Source: a bacterium (GTDB lineage Bacteria > SM23-31). Taken from it: 64,000 bases of DNA. Numbering within the stretch: the stretch's first letter is position 1; every line of letters starts with the position of its first letter. The translations under genes and the position numbers were made by a program. The stretch is taken from the NCBI GenBank assembly GCA_965249485.1, contig OZ252239.1:960001-1024000 (forward strand). The letters run 5' to 3'. The notes beneath the pieces are model-generated. The model did no database searches, was not told where the DNA came from, and saw only the letters and a list, made by a program, of their open reading frames with translations. This document shows positions 41,862-52,697 of the stretch, piece by piece.

Positions 41862-43043
41862 ATGAAAATAACAGATATTGAATGTCATATTCTTGTAGTT
41901 CCGGATTTAAAGGAAGATGCAACTTCATCGTCTCAAGATAATATAGTTGTCATTATACATACTGACGAGGGTATTAGTGGCATAGGTGAAACAGATACTG
42001 GGCCATGGTTGGCGAAAGCAGCTATCGAAGCTCCAGGCAGTCACTCTATGGCAATGGGAATGAAAGATCTTTTAATTGGTCAAGACCCCTTTGATACAAC
42101 AGCAATTTGGGAAAAATTATATACGTATACGTGTATGAGTGGGAGAAGAGGTGCTGTAATATGTGCTATGGGAGCTATAGATATGGCGCTTTGGGATATT
42201 AAAGGAAAAACCTTAAACCTACCTGTATATAAATTACTCGGCGGAGCCCATAAAGATTATATAGAACCTTATGCTTCATTACAACCACATGGAAATACCG
42301 TTCAAGAATATGGAGATTCTTTGGTTAAATGGGCTAAAAAAGCGAAAGAGTATGGCTTTACGGCCGGTAAAATGGAATGTACATTAGGAGGTCCCTACAA
42401 CCATACAGGGCTAAAAGGCAGTGATCAAGATATGACCGACATTATTACGACTTGCCGCGATGTAGTTGGAAAAGATTTTATAATGATGGTCGATGTACAA
42501 TATTTGTGGTATGATGCAAAATCGGCTTTAAAGACTATATGTAATTGGGAACATCTCGATCTGTTTTTCTTGGAAACACCACTTCAAATTGACAACTTAG
42601 AAGGCTACGCAATTTTGGCTCAAGAAGCTCCAATGAGAATTGCAGCAGGAGAATGGCAAAATACACGTTTTGAATTTCTCGATTTAATGGATAAAGGTAA
42701 AATAGATGTTGTACAACCAGATATAGGCAGAGTTGGTGGAATTACAGAAGCTATCAGAGTATGTCATATGGCTCAAGATCGAGGTAGATTAATTGTTCCC
42801 CATTGTTGGAAAACGGGTATTGGAATTGCCGCCACTGCGCATGTGGCAGCCGTAACACCCAATTGTCCATTAATAGAGTTTTTGCCAGACGAACTTTGTG
42901 ATTCGGAATTAAGGGTCGAATTAGTAGAAGATCCTTTAACTATTGTTAATGGTAAAATAAAATTGCCAGAAAATCCAGGTTTAGGAATCAATTTAAATAT
43001 GGATGTAGTAGAAAAATATAAAGTAAAATCTAATATTAATTAA
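41862..43043 (+). CDS. Mandelate racemase/enolase superfamily acid-sugar dehydratase
   Basis: DMALWDIKGK, MVD, FLETP, AGE, QPD, VPH. Confidence 0.92.
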   Translation: MKITDIECHILVVPDLKEDATSSSQDNIVVIIHTDEGISGIGETDTGPWLAKAAIEAPGSHSMAMGMKDLLIGQDPFDTTAIWEKLYTYTCMSGRRGAVICAMGAIDMALWDIKGKTLNLPVYKLLGGAHKDYIEPYASLQPHGNTVQEYGDSLVKWAKKAKEYGFTAGKMECTLGGPYNHTGLKGSDQDMTDIITTCRDVVGKDFIMMVDVQYLWYDAKSALKTICNWEHLDLFFLETPLQIDNLEGYAILAQEAPMRIAAGEWQNTRFEFLDLMDKGKIDVVQPDIGRVGGITEAIRVCHMAQDRGRLIVPHCWKTGIGIAATAHVAAVTPNCPLIEFLPDELCDSELRVELVEDPLTIVNGKIKLPENPGLGINLNMDVVEKYKVKSNIN

Positions 43044-43379
43044 TACAATGCGAGTAAATAAATATCTATTACGTGGTTGTTTAGTTATTCAAACATATAC
43101 AGACAAGGGCAGGATTACTTTGTTAATTCAGCAAATGAAAAAATAAAAATTCATGTAAATGCCTCTGAAAATTTTGCCTTTGAAATTTCAATTCCTAATA
43201 ATATAGTTATCATTCCTTCATATATAGGTTTCAATACGTGCAGAGACTACCTGTATTTCTTAATTTCCAGTCCTATCTCTCCAACATGTTCTGATGATAA
43301 ACACGTACGGGCAACACAAATAAATAATTAAATAACATGATCTAGTGAGGTTTGGTTTAAATAAAATACTAATTATAGT

Positions 43380-44165
43380 ATGATGAATAAACAATTAGAT
43401 AATAAAATAGCCATTGTAACAGGTGGTGGAAGTGGTATAGGGAGAGCTATCTCGTTACTTTTTGCTCAATCTGGCGCAAAAATTCACATCCTGGATATCA
43501 ATAAAGATTATGGAGAAAAAGTTGTACAAGAAATTAAAAAAATGAATTGTAAATCTCAATCACATGAATGTGATATATCTAATTCAGATCAAGTAAATTC
43601 AGTAATTCAAGAAATTATTAATGAAGAAGGTGCTATCAATATTTTGGTAAATAATGCTGGTATCGCTCATATTGGAACAATTGAAACTACGACTTCTGAA
43701 GATTTACAACGAATTTATGATGTAAATATAAAAGGGGTATATTTGTGTACAAAAGCGATTCTACCTAATATGATTTCAAATGGAGGAGGTGTTATTTTAA
43801 ATATGGCTTCTGTAACAGCCACGGTTGCATTGCCGGATAGATTTGCCTATTCCATGAGTAAAGCTGCTGTATTAAATATGACAATGACGATAGCGAAGGA
43901 CTATTTGGGTAAAAATATTAGATGTAATTCAATTTCTCCCGGAAGGGTGCATACACCTTTTGTAGACGCTTATTTAAAGAATAATTATCCAGGTAAAGAA
44001 AAAGAAATGTTCGAGAAATTATCTAAAACTCAACCAATAGGAAGAATGGGAAAACCTGAAGAAATAGCAGAATTGGCGTTGTTTTTATGCACTGATCGTG
44101 CTGCTGGATTTATTACAGGTACAGATTATCCAGTAGATGGGGGTTTTATTAAACTTAACACATAA
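43380..44165 (+). CDS. SDR family, 2-keto-3-deoxy-sugar-acid dehydrogenase-like
   Basis: TGGGSGIG, DRFAYSMSK, SPGRVHTPFV. Confidence 0.9.
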   Translation: MMNKQLDNKIAIVTGGGSGIGRAISLLFAQSGAKIHILDINKDYGEKVVQEIKKMNCKSQSHECDISNSDQVNSVIQEIINEEGAINILVNNAGIAHIGTIETTTSEDLQRIYDVNIKGVYLCTKAILPNMISNGGGVILNMASVTATVALPDRFAYSMSKAAVLNMTMTIAKDYLGKNIRCNSISPGRVHTPFVDAYLKNNYPGKEKEMFEKLSKTQPIGRMGKPEEIAELALFLCTDRAAGFITGTDYPVDGGFIKLNT

Positions 44166-44189
44166 ATAAATTAAATAAAGAAGGACATA

Positions 44190-45047
44190 ATGAAATTAAT
44201 ACGATTTGGAGAATTAGGAAAAGAAAAACCAGGAGTTTTAATTGAGGAAGAAAAAAGAATTGATGTAAGTCATATTTTTGAAGATTTTAATGAATATTTT
44301 TTTAACAATGATGGTTTAGCAAAACTTGAAGATTATACCAAATCTACTTCTGAGTATAATGAAGTAGCAGAGGATGTTCGACTTGGATCTCCTATAGCGA
44401 GACCCTCAAAAATAATTTGTATTGGTTTGAATTATGTTGGACATGCAAAAGAAAGTGGAATGGATATTCCAACTGAACCAGTTGTGTTTTTTAAAGCTAC
44501 TTCTTCTATTTGTGGACCGAATGATGGCTTAACAATACCTAAGGAGGGACATAAAACTGATTGGGAAGTTGAACTTTCGATAGTAATAGGGAAAGAAACC
44601 TCCTATATATCAGAAAACGAGGTATTGGAACATATTGCTGGTTATATGTTGCATAATGACTATAGTGAGAGAGCATTTCAATTAGAAAGAGCCGGTCAAT
44701 GGGTTAAAGGAAAAAGCTGCGATACGTTTGCGCCTTTAGGACCTTTTTTAGCCACTAAAGATGAGGTTGACGATGTTCACAACCTTAATTTATGGCTAGA
44801 TGTTAATGGAAAAAGAATGCAGACAGGAAACACTGCTGATTTTGTATTTAATGTAACAGAGGTGGTTAGTTACTTGTCTAATTTCATGACTCTTCTTCCG
44901 GGAGATGTTATTTCTACCGGAACTCCTTCAGGTGTTGGAATGGGATTAAAGCCTCCGGTATATTTAAAAGAGGGAGATATTGTTGAATATGGAATTGATG
45001 GATTAGGAACGGGTAAACAAATAGTTGAATTTTTTAAAAATACTTAA
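44190..45047 (+). CDS. Fumarylacetoacetate hydrolase family protein
   Basis: ICIGLNY, DWEVEL, NDYSER, KGKSCDTF, TGTPSGVG. Confidence 0.93.
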   Translation: MKLIRFGELGKEKPGVLIEEEKRIDVSHIFEDFNEYFFNNDGLAKLEDYTKSTSEYNEVAEDVRLGSPIARPSKIICIGLNYVGHAKESGMDIPTEPVVFFKATSSICGPNDGLTIPKEGHKTDWEVELSIVIGKETSYISENEVLEHIAGYMLHNDYSERAFQLERAGQWVKGKSCDTFAPLGPFLATKDEVDDVHNLNLWLDVNGKRMQTGNTADFVFNVTEVVSYLSNFMTLLPGDVISTGTPSGVGMGLKPPVYLKEGDIVEYGIDGLGTGKQIVEFFKNT

Positions 45048-45050
45048 TTA

Positions 45051-46457
45051 ATGATGAAGAGAGAAATAGAAGATAGAGGTAATTTGGTATATTTTATAGT
45101 AATATGTGCCATTGCATCGATTGGAGGTTTTTTATTTGGTTTTGATACAGCAGTTATTTCTGGTGCACTAAGTCCTTTGTCTATGTATTTTCAACTTGGA
45201 GATAAACCTGCATTATTAGGATGGACTGTAAGTTCTGTACTTTTAGGGAGTATATTAGGGGCTGCGTTATCTGGATTTTCAGATGAATTTGGTCGAAAAA
45301 ACACACTCATTACTGCTGGTATTCTATTCACATTTTCTGCATTGGGATCAGCCTTAGCAGGGTCACTAACATTCTTTATAATTGCAAGATTTGTTGGCGG
45401 TTTTGGAGTTGGCATGGCTGCAATGGTAGTTCCTCTTTATATCTCAGAAGTATCCCCACCTAAAATTCGAGGAAGAATGGTAAGTATGTACCAATTAGCT
45501 ATAACCCTGGGTATATTAGTTGCATATTTCACAAATGACTATTTTAGATCATTGTCGGAAGGATTAAACTTAGAAAACAAACTTACTGGTTTAATGGGTT
45601 GGATTATTAGTGATGTTTGGAGAATAATGTTAGGTTCAGAACTGATACCAGCTCTTTTATTTATTGTACTATTATTTTTCGTACCGAGAAGCCCTCGATA
45701 TGCAATGTCAAAAGGGAATAAAGAAGAAGCATTAGCAATTCTAACAAAAATAAATGGAAGTGATATTGCAAAAGAAGAAATTATAGAAATTGAAACTGTA
45801 ATAAATCAAGAAGAAGGAACCTTTTCACAATTATTTAAACCTGGGTTAAGAAAGGCGACTTTTATTGCTTTATTTTTATCGATCATATCTCAATTTAGTG
45901 GAATTGACATTATACTTCATTATGGGCCTCTCATTTTAGAAAGAGCGGGACTATCCTTTGGAGAATCACTATATGGTCAGATTATATTTGGAATTGTTTT
46001 AGTTCTTTTTACAATTTTGGCAATGTGGAAAGTTGACCATATGGGAAGGAAAAAGCTTTTATTAATAGGAAATACGGGTGTGTGTTTGTCGTTGTTGGTT
46101 GTAGGTTATTTATTTAATTTGGAATCAGGATCAGAAACTGCGCTCATCGTTGCAATATCAGCATTTATTGCTAGTTTTTCATTTTCATTGGGTCCAATTC
46201 CGTGGATTATAATGGCTGAAATATTTCCTACAAAAGTAAGAGGTAGGGCTATGGCATTAGCAACACTTGTTTTGTTTGGGGCAAATTGGCTGGTTGCGCA
46301 ATTATTTCCCTGGCTATCGTACACTATTGGAGAAAACGGGACTTTTTGGCTATTAGCTGGAATATCATTATTAACATTTCCTTTTGTTTTTAAAATTTTA
46401 CCCGAGACCAAAGGAAGATCATTGGAGGAAATCGAGAATTCGTGGATCCAAAATTGA
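45051..46457 (+). CDS. Sugar porter family MFS transporter
   Basis: GFLFGFDTAVISG, GRK, YISE, RG, QFSG, PETKGRSLEEIE. Confidence 0.94.
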   Translation: MMKREIEDRGNLVYFIVICAIASIGGFLFGFDTAVISGALSPLSMYFQLGDKPALLGWTVSSVLLGSILGAALSGFSDEFGRKNTLITAGILFTFSALGSALAGSLTFFIIARFVGGFGVGMAAMVVPLYISEVSPPKIRGRMVSMYQLAITLGILVAYFTNDYFRSLSEGLNLENKLTGLMGWIISDVWRIMLGSELIPALLFIVLLFFVPRSPRYAMSKGNKEEALAILTKINGSDIAKEEIIEIETVINQEEGTFSQLFKPGLRKATFIALFLSIISQFSGIDIILHYGPLILERAGLSFGESLYGQIIFGIVLVLFTILAMWKVDHMGRKKLLLIGNTGVCLSLLVVGYLFNLESGSETALIVAISAFIASFSFSLGPIPWIIMAEIFPTKVRGRAMALATLVLFGANWLVAQLFPWLSYTIGENGTFWLLAGISLLTFPFVFKILPETKGRSLEEIENSWIQN

Positions 46458-46605
46458 GAATTTAGAAATAATTGAGGGCTTTCGGAGATTCCAACAGGCA
46501 GGGTCATGTGAAGACAGTCGTGAAGGAGCAAAAATGTTCCAAAAACTATACGAACGTCGACATATCCCTCTGAAAACCAAAAGCAATCAAAAAAAGAGAG
46601 TAACT

Positions 46606-47406
46606 ATGCCTGGAAAAAATGCTTTATTCACGCTATGCTATATAGTTGTACTCGTCATTGGATGCTCACATCAGCAAAACGATTTTACATCCGGCCGATG
46701 GATCGATCTTTCATATGATTTTTCGGCTGAGACTATTTTCTGGCCGACAGGTGAAGGTTTTATATTCGAAAAAGGCTTTGAAGGTATTGCCGATAACGGC
46801 TATTATTACACAGAGAACTCTTTTACTACAGCCGAACACGGTGGTACCCATATTGATGCGCCTGTACATTTCGCACAAGGGCGAATGACCGTCGATGAGA
46901 TCTCCATAGAGCAGCTTACCGGACCTGCGGCTGTTATCGATGTATCCGCCAAGGTACTCAATGACAGAGACTATTTAATTCAGGTCGACGATATTCTATC
47001 CTGGGAATCCGTTCACGGGAGATTGCCTGATAATGTTATCCTGCTATTCCGTACAGGCTTTGGAAAGTACTGGCCCGACCCCAAACTGTATTTAGGAACA
47101 GATAAAAAGGGACCGGAAGCGATCCCTGAATTGCATTTTCCAGGGATAAGCCAGGAAGCTGCACAATGGCTCATCGATAACCGTTCCATAGACGCTATTG
47201 GAATAGATACTGCCAGTATCGATTACGGGCAATCCAAAACGGATGAAGCACACAGAATCCTCTACGACGACAATATTCCGGGCCTGGAAAATGTAGCGAA
47301 CCTGGAAATGCTCCCGGAAACCGGAGCATTCATTATTGCTCTGCCGATGAAGATCAGGGGAGGAAGTGGAGGTCCGCTAAGAATTACGGCACTTATTCCT
47401 GATTAG
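46606..47406 (+). CDS. Cyclase/kynurenine formamidase family protein with lipoprotein signal
   Basis: EHGGTHIDAPVHF, GIDTASID, LENV, PMKIRGGSGGPLR; lipobox VIGC; ATG at 46606. Confidence 0.9.
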   Translation: MPGKNALFTLCYIVVLVIGCSHQQNDFTSGRWIDLSYDFSAETIFWPTGEGFIFEKGFEGIADNGYYYTENSFTTAEHGGTHIDAPVHFAQGRMTVDEISIEQLTGPAAVIDVSAKVLNDRDYLIQVDDILSWESVHGRLPDNVILLFRTGFGKYWPDPKLYLGTDKKGPEAIPELHFPGISQEAAQWLIDNRSIDAIGIDTASIDYGQSKTDEAHRILYDDNIPGLENVANLEMLPETGAFIIALPMKIRGGSGGPLRITALIPD

Positions 47407-47451
47407 CCAGTTTCTTGTTAAACGATACATGATCTATCAATATTTTGACAT

Positions 47452-47624
47452 GTACGTCGTCGGAACACGTTGGACAGAATTGCATCCCATATTAGGAAAC
47501 AGTTGATACAAGAATAAGTGAGTTTGATAAACGATTAATGAAATTTTAATATTTCTCTCAAAGATTAATACTCTCGTTGCTATTTCAAGTGTTTTTATTC
47601 CTCATGCAGTACAATGTGCGAACC
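47452..47624 (-). repeat. Box B and box A copies downstream of an M24 gene
   Basis: GTACGTCGTCGGAACACGTTGGACAG at 47452; CAAGTGTTTTTATTCCTCATGCAGTACAATGTGCGAACC at 47586-47624. Confidence 0.82.
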
Positions 47625-47631
47625 TTTTTGC

Positions 47632-49083
47632 TCAATGAATCAGCAGTATTTTTTCATTCGGTGGATGGAGAAATTCAACTCCCCGGCTGGATACAACGTG
47701 ATTACCTTCAATATTAATGACAATCGGATTACCCGGTCTTTCTGCAATGTTTGTATTTACCATAAATTCAAGAGAAAAAATATGATTTTCTTGAACCGGC
47801 AAGTGATCACGGTTAGACCGAAATGCCGCGATAGAGGGTCCGACAGCCACCAAACTGCCACCATGTTCTTCATTACCCTGACCGTGAAGGTCTATTGAAA
47901 AACTTGACTTTTCGGTATTAGCTAACTTCTCCTGCACATTCATATAGTTATCAGGGGATTCATCAGTAAACGGCGTATAAATATAGTCCGCGGCTTCCAA
48001 TGCCACAATGAGGTCTTGCAAAATTTGTCCGCCGGTCTTGCCAATTTTTATATGTTCCCGAATGATATTGCGAGCAGCTATCGCACGATCAAAAGCATGC
48101 TGGATACTATCGGGAATTTTCGTTTCTCCTTCCCTCATAATATAGGCATTACGTTTATAATCTGTCCCAAAATAATCCAAATATCGAAGACCATTATCAA
48201 ACTGCAGAAAATCACCACGCTGCAATACATATTGAGGTGAGTTTGATGATGAAAAACTGCCATCATTTGCCGGAAGACCACGTGTCTCGGGTTGATCTGA
48301 AACAGCTGAATAGAGAACAATGGGAGTTTCAGCTTCGGTACTGTACCCATTTGTCAAATTCCGTTTATGGAGTTCCTCCTTAACCCACCAGCCGATATCT
48401 CCCAATGTCGTTACACCCGGCGTAATCACTTCATTTGATAAAGCGCGTTCAAGAATCTGACGATGTATCTCAAGGGCATTCGTCATGAGTGTCACTTCCC
48501 TGAGAATCCTTCTTGTTCTGAAATCCGTGATCAGGTTCTCTGCGGATATAATTCTTTCAGAATATTTAGGACCTAAAACTTTTTCCAATCTCACGTATTG
48601 CGAGTGCGAAATCCCGTCAGCTTTGGCAAGCCAGTCGGATGTGTTTACGGCAATCTTTTTTGGATCACGCTCGGCAACGAATTCCGTTATTTCATTCCAG
48701 ACTCCAGGATCAAGTTTATTACTATAGCCGTTAAAAGCTCTTTCTACTTCGCGTGAACCGCGTACGTCAATATCTGAAACAGCGTCTGCTTCACCGAAAA
48801 CTGCCCGTTCGATCCTGTCACCCAGATCTGTAAAAATCAAATAACCGGAGGTTGATCCGAATTCTGGAAACATTGGATCACGATCTCCATCTCGAGTGAC
48901 ATGGATCCACATATCCACATTATTGTCGCGCATTGCTCCCGGTAGAATCAGGTCAAGTTTTTCTTTTCTTATCAAATCAATGACTTCTCCGCCGGTTCTT
49001 GCAGTATGTACGCCCGGCTGGGCATTGACAGCAGGTAGGATGAAAATAACAGAAGTTAAAATTAACAGTATTCGAATTATCAT
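47632..49083 (-). CDS. M24-like peptidase paralog, exported
   Basis: FLQFDNG..TDYKRNAY, DLHGQG, FSLEF, NIEGN metal ligands; GGAG RBS before 49083. Confidence 0.87.
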   Translation of the reverse strand: MIIRILLILTSVIFILPAVNAQPGVHTARTGGEVIDLIRKEKLDLILPGAMRDNNVDMWIHVTRDGDRDPMFPEFGSTSGYLIFTDLGDRIERAVFGEADAVSDIDVRGSREVERAFNGYSNKLDPGVWNEITEFVAERDPKKIAVNTSDWLAKADGISHSQYVRLEKVLGPKYSERIISAENLITDFRTRRILREVTLMTNALEIHRQILERALSNEVITPGVTTLGDIGWWVKEELHKRNLTNGYSTEAETPIVLYSAVSDQPETRGLPANDGSFSSSNSPQYVLQRGDFLQFDNGLRYLDYFGTDYKRNAYIMREGETKIPDSIQHAFDRAIAARNIIREHIKIGKTGGQILQDLIVALEAADYIYTPFTDESPDNYMNVQEKLANTEKSSFSIDLHGQGNEEHGGSLVAVGPSIAAFRSNRDHLPVQENHIFSLEFMVNTNIAERPGNPIVINIEGNHVVSSRGVEFLHPPNEKILLIH

Positions 49084-49174
49084 TAATTTTCTCCATATTT
49101 GACTTTTAATTTTTTCAAGAGTTTTGTGCTTCACAGGCCACATGATTTACGTAGCTATGCTAGCAAGACTAGTT

Positions 49175-49200
49175 CTGTCCAAATTGTTTTGACGACGTAC
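49175..49200 (+). repeat. Box B copy, inverted relative to 47452
   Basis: CTGTCCAAATTGTTTTGACGACGTAC; 22/26 identical to the reverse complement of 47452-47477. Confidence 0.75.
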
Positions 49201-49252
49201 CCAACTATACTATATGGCTCAACTTTTGGAGCAAGGTCAATTGTTACCAAAA

Positions 49253-52200
49253 CTACTGAGGATCGGTTAAATTCCAGTAAGTTTCCGGAAGTTTTTCTTC
49301 ATCGGGCCACAGCATATCAAGTGAGTCCCCGTTGTAGAGCAGACCATTTTTCATTACAAAATGAACGTCTGCAGTGTTCCGTATATCATCAAGTGGATTG
49401 CTGTTCAATATGACCATATCAGCAATTTTACCTTCATGTATCGATCCGAGATCTTCGTCAAAGCCTATAGCTTCGGCGCCGAAAATTGTTGCGGTTTTCA
49501 GTGCGTCCATTTCACTCATTCCACCCGACTGTATTGTCCAGAGATCCCAGTGAAAACCAATACCCCATGTTTCTGCATGACTTCCGACACAAACCTTTCC
49601 GCCAGCTTCAATAATCTTTTTCAGCGGTTCAGCATGTATCTGATACACATACTCGTCGTTGTGATACCACCTTTTTCTTCGGGTAATTCCGTCGAGAATC
49701 CCGTGCGGAGTAAACCTTCTCAGCTTTTTATCGTCGTGTACTTCGGTCTGTGTCCAGTAATAATTTTCAGCCTGAGGCCCCGGTCTGGCTATTATCATTG
49801 TTGGCGTATAATAGGTTCCAGACTGTGCAATGACTTCAATCATATCTTTATAAAGCGGGACATAAGGGAAGTTATGCTCCAGAGAGTATCCGTCAAAAAC
49901 CTGTGACATCATTAATTTATTATCGTGACCCTCCGATGTAGGTATTATTTCCGTTTCCTGTGACGCCATGCTTATCCATTGCCGAACGGTGCGGTCACCG
50001 GCAAGATATTGCTTGATAGTATTCACACGGTAATATTCCGCATACCGCTTTAAAACATTGAGTGCATCTGTGTAACTTTTTATGTTTTCTGTGCCAAATA
50101 TACCGGGACCGGTAGAATAAGCCCTGGGACCCACGATTTCATCCGTTTCGACAAGATCACTATAGGTGAATGTGTCGGTACTGCCAGTTTGCGGATCTCG
50201 GGTAGTAGTTACTCCGTAAGCCAGATTTGCCAGGTATTCCCATACAGTGTCGTTATGTATTCCTCTGGCCACTCGTGTATGCATGTGAAGATCGACATAA
50301 CCCGGTACAATAGTCTTGCCACTGACATCAATCTCGTGTGCTCCGTCCGGAGTAGTAACCGAATTGCCGGGTGCAACCATTGTAATCCTATTGTCGGATA
50401 TCACTATTGCTCCGTTTTCAATGATTCCATTGTTAAAATTCTGGCACCCCTGAGCACAAGCGTTCCCCTTCCTTGCCGCTGGGGGTATTCCAGATTGATT
50501 TGTGATTGAATCGGCTCGTAAGATTTGTTGTGAGATTCAGCAATAGTATATCGGAAAACTGTATTGCCAAGTGACCAGACTGCCTCATTCCCATACGGCC
50601 CCCAACTCATAAATTGTCCACCGATAGTCGTGAGTTTCTCAACGGGGAATGTGGGATCTGTCAAAGATAAATCCATCACTCCGCCTGTCGAAACAGGTAG
50701 CGTGATTTTATATATGTGAGGTCCTGTCTGAACAAGAGCCTGCTCACCATCTGGTCCCATTAGCACATCCGATGCCCCGCGCGAACCTGATGTCAGGCTC
50801 GATTCAGACCCACTGATTGTGAAATGAACCTTTCTGTCTGTTCCGTCCAATTGATATGACGTAAGATCTCCGGACCGCTCGAAAACATAAAACCGATCTA
50901 CTGCATCGGCGAAATAGGGGCGAACTCCGTGCAATGGTCCGATGCTGACAGATTCTCCTCCACGTGCAGGGATACGTACCAATTCCAATTCCCTGGAACT
51001 CCTACCAGAAAAAACATTTAGTCCGTACATGATGTTCTTCTTACCTCGTGTGACGATCAGCTCTTCATCATCCGGGGTCCATACCGGGTCGGAGAAATAA
51101 CCGGCAATGCTGCTCAATTTTGTAAGATTTCTACCATGTGCGTCAATTTTGTAGACATTTCCTCCCTCACTATCTGACCACGTTACAAACGCTATCCAAT
51201 TTCCGTTATGACTCCACGATGGTGCATATTGACCAACTTCCATTTCTCCCAGACGGCTAATATCTCCACTTTTAAGGTCCTGAATATACAATTTATGCAA
51301 AGCAGTAAATAAGAGTTTTGTTCCATCGGGTGAAATAGAGGGATATCGGATTTGCCGGGCCTTTACCGGACCGTCGGGAACACGTTTATCAAACCGAATG
51401 ACAAGTGTAATAGTGAGATCTACATCAGCTTCAAAGGAAATCTCCGTTACCGCTCCCGACGGCACTGCCACACGGTAGAGTTTTCCATCAAATGACGTTA
51501 TAATCGATGTGCCATCCGGTGTAAATGAAAAACCGGGCATCAGATCTTCGGATGTGCTGATCCATTCTCCGGCACCCTGAGCGTCTAACTGTACCGGATA
51601 AAGAAACCACTCGTCGGTACCGGTCACTAAATTCCTCAAACGGTAACCTGTTTGGGAATCATTTTTGGAAGCATATACCATCCAGGTTCCATCAGGAGAG
51701 ATCGTCGGACGGATTGCTCCACCCCACAGATTTGTCAATCGGGAAGTCGTTCCATTCTCAAAATCATACACTTCAATCTGGTTAGGATATCCGTTCTGAA
51801 CGGGTCTACTTACTGAACTGTACATATATCGATTGTCAGGCCCGAACGCCGCCCCGAGCGCTCTTATTGGTTGATCATCAGCTTTGAGCTGAGTACCGCT
51901 CCCACCGTCAACGTGATACATCCAGAGATAATGTAATTGGTCGATCCATATAGCATCGGATGCTTTTGAAACAATGACGTAGTTCCCATCGGAAGTCCAC
52001 TCCGGTGAAGCAAATGATTCGTTTTTACCGTAAGTAATTGCTTGAAGACCGTTCGTTTCCGAAACTGCAGAATTTTCTGTGACAGTTTTTCCTGTTTCCA
52101 GTGTCCAGAGGTTTTCTGATCCGCTCCTGTCGCTGACAAACAGAATTTTACTTCCGTCAGGTGAATATCGTGGCTGACTGTCAAATGCAGAACCACGTGT

Positions 52201-52479
52201 TATTTGCGAGGCTTTTCCCCCGCTTACAGGTAGTGTATAAAGATCACCGAGCATTTCAAATACAATGGTACTCCCGTCCGGTGATACATCGAGCGACATC
52301 CAAGTCACTTCATTTGTCGTAAACTCAATTCGTTTCGTATGCTTCAAAGGGAGAGGATTCTCAGCCTGGGCATCCAGTTGTTCGATGGTAAAAGACACCA
52401 TGATTAATACAGAAATACAGAAGGAAATAGTGTGTTTCAAAGATTGTTTGACAACGTATGAGTTCATTATTTTCCCCAA
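49253..52479 (-). pseudogene. PD40/TolB-propeller plus amidohydrolase protein, frameshifted at ~50425
   Basis: SPDG repeats in the first ORF; PGYVDLHMH, GSH and GKIADMVIL in the second; IIENGAIVISDNRI is read in a shifted frame. Confidence 0.85.
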
Positions 52480-52697
52480 TGATAGTTGTTGATTTGATAT
52501 TCAATGTATAGATTTTACCAGCGATTAGTGTGGGATTCACAGAATTAGGTGCACATGTAACAAACGTACCTATTATTCGCTTATCAATCATGAGTAGTAT
52601 GATTGATAAGCGAATAACCACGGCCTTATTAAATCAGACCGAATGTGGTTTGAGCCGAAACAAGTATCAGCGCAATTTTTTAACACCATAGTATATG

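Noticed and set aside
43077..43331. 84-aa ORF as a real gene
   Set aside because: TTG start with no clear RBS, runs through box B, and looks like a fragment
46384..46605. Long N-terminal extensions in the ORF track (also 32499-32609, 12571-12633, 57930-57992)
   Set aside because: Downstream ATGs with RBS and signal peptides fit better; the extensions cross intergenic or repeat DNA
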